Source: a virus (Duplodnaviria; Caudoviricetes). From it: a stretch of 28,779 nucleotides of DNA. Both the position numbers and the translations under genes were made by a program. Location: positions 1 through 28,779 of IMG/VR virus record IMGVR_UViG_3300033067_001061; one strand, written 5' to 3'. This document shows positions 25,327-28,779 of this stretch, one piece after another; within the stretch, counting starts at the first letter, position 1; each line of letters starts with the position of its first letter. Below the pieces are notes generated by a model. The model saw only the letters and a list, made by a program, of their open reading frames with translations. It had not been told where the DNA came from and made no database searches.

Positions 25327-26113
25327 ATTATTCGTAATAGGTGATATTCATGGGGGCTATAAAGCTCTCATGCAATGTCTTCAGAGAAGTAAATTTGATT
25401 ATCAGGAAGATACTTTAATTCAATTAGGTGATATTACCGATGGTTGGTCAGAAGTATATGCTTGTGTTGATGAGCTTTTAAAAATTAAGAATTTAATTCC
25501 TATAAAAGGTAATCATGATTCATGGTTTGAAACATGGTTAAGATATGGAGAGCATCCTTGTTCTTGGTTACAAGGTGGAGATGGTACTCTTATATCTTAT
25601 TGTAGAGAACTATCTAAAGAATATGTTCCTAGAATGGGTGGTTATACTACTAATCTATTATCTAGTGATTTACCAAGTTCACATTATGAGTTTTTTACCA
25701 ATAAGCAAATTCCTTATTATGTAGATTCTGAAAATAGACTATATGTTCATGGTGGTTTAAACAGACATCATCCTATTGATGATATTCTTCATAATAATGA
25801 AGATGTTTTAATGTGGGATAGAGATTTCTTTATGGCTGCTTTATCTTATGGTAAAATTGAACCAGATGATATTCTTAAGTATCCTAATAGAGGTAAATTT
25901 AAGATTAATGGTGATTTTAAAGAAGTTTTTTTAGGTCATACATCAACAATTAACTGGAAAACTGACCAACCTATAAATGCTGCTAATGTATGGAATTTAG
26001 ATACTGGTGGAGGTTATACTGGTAAGTTAACAATTATGGATGTAGATACTAAAGAGTATTGGCAATCTGATAATTTATTAGAATTATATATTAATGAAAA
26101 AGGTAGAAATTAA
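25319..26113 (+). CDS. Metallophosphoesterase, Ser/Thr phosphatase / ApaH-like
   Basis: GDIHG, LGDITD, GNHD, HGG, WDR, GHT, LDTG. Confidence 0.9.
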   Translation: MGKLFVIGDIHGGYKALMQCLQRSKFDYQEDTLIQLGDITDGWSEVYACVDELLKIKNLIPIKGNHDSWFETWLRYGEHPCSWLQGGDGTLISYCRELSKEYVPRMGGYTTNLLSSDLPSSHYEFFTNKQIPYYVDSENRLYVHGGLNRHHPIDDILHNNEDVLMWDRDFFMAALSYGKIEPDDILKYPNRGKFKINGDFKEVFLGHTSTINWKTDQPINAANVWNLDTGGGYTGKLTIMDVDTKEYWQSDNLLELYINEKGRN

Positions 26114-27231
26114 TGGAAAATAATGATAGTGTCTGTTATATAAACAGAATAAATAAAATTGAAGCTATATCTGGTGCTGATAATATAGTATTAGCTACAG
26201 TTAATGGTTGGAATTCTATAGTACAAAAAGGTATCCATAAAGAAGGTGATTTAGTATTATGTATTACTACAGATGCTGTTATTCCTGAAGAATTGGCTAT
26301 CCAATGGGGTGTGTCTACTTATCTTAGGAAAGGTAATAGAGTTAGGACTGTTAAATTACGTGGGGTATATTCAGAATGTATTTTAATAACAAATAAGGGT
26401 GATTATAACCATGATAAGTGGTTTGAAGGAGCTGATTGGATGGACTCTCTTAAAATATTTAAATTCCAACCTCCTGAAAGAGAAGTGGTATTATCTGATG
26501 GTAAGCGTGTTAAGATGAAGGATAATCCTAATTTTAATAAGTATTATAAGTTTCCTAACTACAAGAATACTCCTCATATGTTTACAGAGGAAGATATTGT
26601 AGTTATAACACGTAAGATACATGGTACTAATGCTAGATTTGGAATAGTACGAAAAACTAAACTTACTTTATGGGATAGAATTAAAAAATTCTTTACTAAA
26701 GACAAATGGATAGATTTTGAATATGTTTATGGTTCACATAATGTTCAAAAAGGATCTGATACTCAAGGATTTTATGATGTTGATATTTGGGCTGATATAG
26801 CTATTAAATATGATATTAAGAAAAAATTATGGAATTGGGTTAAGAATCATGAAGTTTTTAATGATGGTTTAATTATCTATGGTGAAATTTATGGGCCGGG
26901 AATTCAGGGTGAGAAATATTCTTATGGTGAAACTGAACATAAATTAGCACTATTTGATATAGAATTGAATAAAGAATATGTATCACGTTGGTTTTTTGAT
27001 GATATTATAATAGATCTTAATCTTCCTACTGTAGAATATCTTTATAGAGGTCCTTGGAGAATTAAATTACATGATAAATTTGTCTTAAATCAATTTATAA
27101 ATGGAACTAATGTGCCTCATGAAGGTATTGTAGTATCAGCTATTAATGGTGATAGACATAAAATATCTAAAATTGTAAATCCAGAATACCACACATTTAG
27201 TGAAAAACATTTAATACCAGATTCACATTAA
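26113..27231 (+). CDS. ATP-dependent RNA ligase, DRB0094-type (N-terminal OB domain plus nucleotidyltransferase)
   Basis: GADNI, RVRTVKLRG..SE; motif I KIHGTN, YGEIYG, LFDI, EGIV, terminal K. Confidence 0.9.
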   Translation: MENNDSVCYINRINKIEAISGADNIVLATVNGWNSIVQKGIHKEGDLVLCITTDAVIPEELAIQWGVSTYLRKGNRVRTVKLRGVYSECILITNKGDYNHDKWFEGADWMDSLKIFKFQPPEREVVLSDGKRVKMKDNPNFNKYYKFPNYKNTPHMFTEEDIVVITRKIHGTNARFGIVRKTKLTLWDRIKKFFTKDKWIDFEYVYGSHNVQKGSDTQGFYDVDIWADIAIKYDIKKKLWNWVKNHEVFNDGLIIYGEIYGPGIQGEKYSYGETEHKLALFDIELNKEYVSRWFFDDIIIDLNLPTVEYLYRGPWRIKLHDKFVLNQFINGTNVPHEGIVVSAINGDRHKISKIVNPEYHTFSEKHLIPDSH

Positions 27232-27232
27232 T

Positions 27233-27637
27233 ATGAAACTAATAATAACTTTAGGAATACCAGGTTCAGGTAAATCCACATGGGCTAAGCAAGAAGCGAT
27301 ATCTAATCCTAAAACTATTATTAGGGTTTGTAGAGATGATATTCGTAACATGCTTGGTACATATTGGGTTCCAACTAGAGAAGATGTTGTTACTATGATA
27401 GAAAACTCTTGTGTAGATGTAGGTCTACATAAGGGTTATACTGTTATAGTTGATGCAACTAACTTTTCAAGTATGAATAAATGGAAACAACTTGCTAAAG
27501 ATCTTAAGATTGATTTTGAGATTAAAGATTTTACAAGTGTCCCACTCAGTACATGTATTGAGAGAGATCAACAGAGGGAAAGACCTGTTGGTAAATTAGT
27601 AATAGAACAAATGTATAACAAACACATTAACAAATGA
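27233..27637 (+). CDS. Polynucleotide kinase (5'-kinase domain only)
   Basis: GIPGSGKSTWA, RDDIR, VDATN, CIERD..R. Confidence 0.88.
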   Translation: MKLIITLGIPGSGKSTWAKQEAISNPKTIIRVCRDDIRNMLGTYWVPTREDVVTMIENSCVDVGLHKGYTVIVDATNFSSMNKWKQLAKDLKIDFEIKDFTSVPLSTCIERDQQRERPVGKLVIEQMYNKHINK

Positions 27638-28248
27638 AAAATATATATTTTACTTCAGACACACATTATGGGCATTCTAATATAGTAAAAGGTACTACAA
27701 AGTGGGAAGGTACAGTTGATAGATGTAGGGATTTTAAGACTTTAGAAGAACATAATGAAACTTTAATTAAAAGTATAAATTCATTAGTTAAACATGATGA
27801 TATATTATATCATCTTGGTGATTGGTCATTTGGTGGACATGAAAATATTAAGAAATTCAGAGATAGATTAGAATGCAGAGAGATTCACTTAATATTTGGT
27901 AATCATGATCAACATATTGAACCAATAGATAGTATTTATAGAGAATTATTTACTAGTTGTAGTCATAAATTAGAATTAAATCTAAAAATAGATTGTATGA
28001 AGACTAATAAATTTGGTAAACAATTAATCTTTTTAAGTCACTATTCACATCAAGTTTGGAATAAAAGTCATCATGGTGCTATACATTTATTTGGTCACTC
28101 ACATGGAACATTAAAAGGATTAGGAAAATCTATGGATGTTGGTGTTGATACTAATAATTTATATCCTTATCATTTAGATGAGATTTTAGATATAATGAAA
28201 AACAAAAAGACAGAAATAGTAGATCATCATAATAAAAACACAAATTAA
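27634..28248 (+). CDS. Calcineurin-like phosphoesterase, candidate 2',3'-cyclic phosphate/3'-phosphatase
   Basis: SDTH, LGD, GNHD, SHY, GHSH, DVGVD; ATGA-coupled to the kinase. Confidence 0.88.
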   Translation: MKNIYFTSDTHYGHSNIVKGTTKWEGTVDRCRDFKTLEEHNETLIKSINSLVKHDDILYHLGDWSFGGHENIKKFRDRLECREIHLIFGNHDQHIEPIDSIYRELFTSCSHKLELNLKIDCMKTNKFGKQLIFLSHYSHQVWNKSHHGAIHLFGHSHGTLKGLGKSMDVGVDTNNLYPYHLDEILDIMKNKKTEIVDHHNKNTN

Positions 28249-28255
28249 AAATTAT

Positions 28256-28573
28256 ATGAAAACAGGAGTATATAAACATTGGTCACAATCAGAAATGATT
28301 CAATTGAAAAGTATTGTAGATAAAGCATTAACTGCAAAGTCAGGTTATAATTTAGCTGCTAGAGAATTTGGTGTTAGTGAGAAGTCATGTCATATGGCTT
28401 ATCGTAGATATAAGAATAAATTAGCACAACTAAATAAGTCAAATGTTGTAAATAGAAAACCTATTGAACAATCAACAGTTAGACAAGAAGTAAAATCCTC
28501 TAATACTTTAGAAATAAATATTAAAGGTATAAATTTAGATTTAAATAAAGGTAAAATTATTATTAATTATTAA
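28256..28573 (+). CDS. Hypothetical protein with an HTH/Myb-like N-terminus
   Basis: WSQSE...AAREFGVSEKSCHMAYRR pattern. Confidence 0.65.
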   Translation: MKTGVYKHWSQSEMIQLKSIVDKALTAKSGYNLAAREFGVSEKSCHMAYRRYKNKLAQLNKSNVVNRKPIEQSTVRQEVKSSNTLEINIKGINLDLNKGKIIINY

Positions 28574-28580
28574 TTATGAA

Positions 28581-28607
28581 AAAAGGGAGATTTTTAGTCT
28601 CCCTTTT
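28581..28607. terminator. Bidirectional intrinsic terminator between convergent gene blocks
   Basis: AAAAGGGAGA / TCTCCCTTTT inverted repeat, with an A-run on the left and a T-run on the right. Confidence 0.85.
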
Positions 28608-28609
28608 AA

Positions 28610-28779
28610 TTACATATTATATTCTTGATATTTTTTATTATCAAAGAAATCCATTATTTGTGAAACTGGTTTAGCTCCAGGAGTTACTTTAGCTACTTTA
28701 GAACTAAAGGATTTTTTCCTCTTATCTTTACTATCATCAAATATAGATGGTATAGAATGCACTACATTAATTAAATAAT
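28610..28779 (-). CDS. 3' end of a convergent gene truncated by the window edge (...KVTPGAKPVSQIMDFFDNKKYQEYNM*)
   Basis: Open minus-strand frame from the edge to a stop at 28612-28610, next to the terminator. Confidence 0.7.
   Translation of the reverse strand, partial: YLINVVHSIPSIFDDSKDKRKKSFSSKVAKVTPGAKPVSQIMDFFDNKKYQEYNM

Noticed and set aside
1-28779. Stop-codon reassignment, as seen in some crAss-like phages
   Set aside because: Long genes are intact in the standard code, and TAG and TGA end genes at sensible boundaries (for example TAG at 5171 before a terminator, and several ATGA overlaps).

Overview
A very AT-rich, densely packed segment of a dsDNA phage genome, almost all on the + strand. 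The gene set (family B DNA polymerase, DnaB-like helicase, Sak4-like ATPase, SSB, primase) and A-rich start regions without Shine-Dalgarno motifs suggest the replication and metabolism arm of a crAss-like phage of Bacteroidota; this assignment is inference. In order, the window holds: a tmRNA with an unusually long tag frame; three small genes sharing a C-terminal Y(S/N)IF motif; PolB ending in a clamp-binding-like motif; an apparently complete ubiquitin-like conjugation operon (Ubl, E2-like, JAB, E1/ThiF); replication genes; nucleotide-metabolism genes (class II RNR, dATP/dGTP diphosphohydrolase domain, UDG); a Prs-like/NAMPT-like NAD+ reconstitution pair; and an RNA repair cluster. A bidirectional terminator faces a convergent gene at the right edge. 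The most notable candidate system is the Ubl-E2-JAB-E1 operon at about 5.2-9.7 kb. All calls come from reading motifs by eye; no database search or RNA folding program was run.
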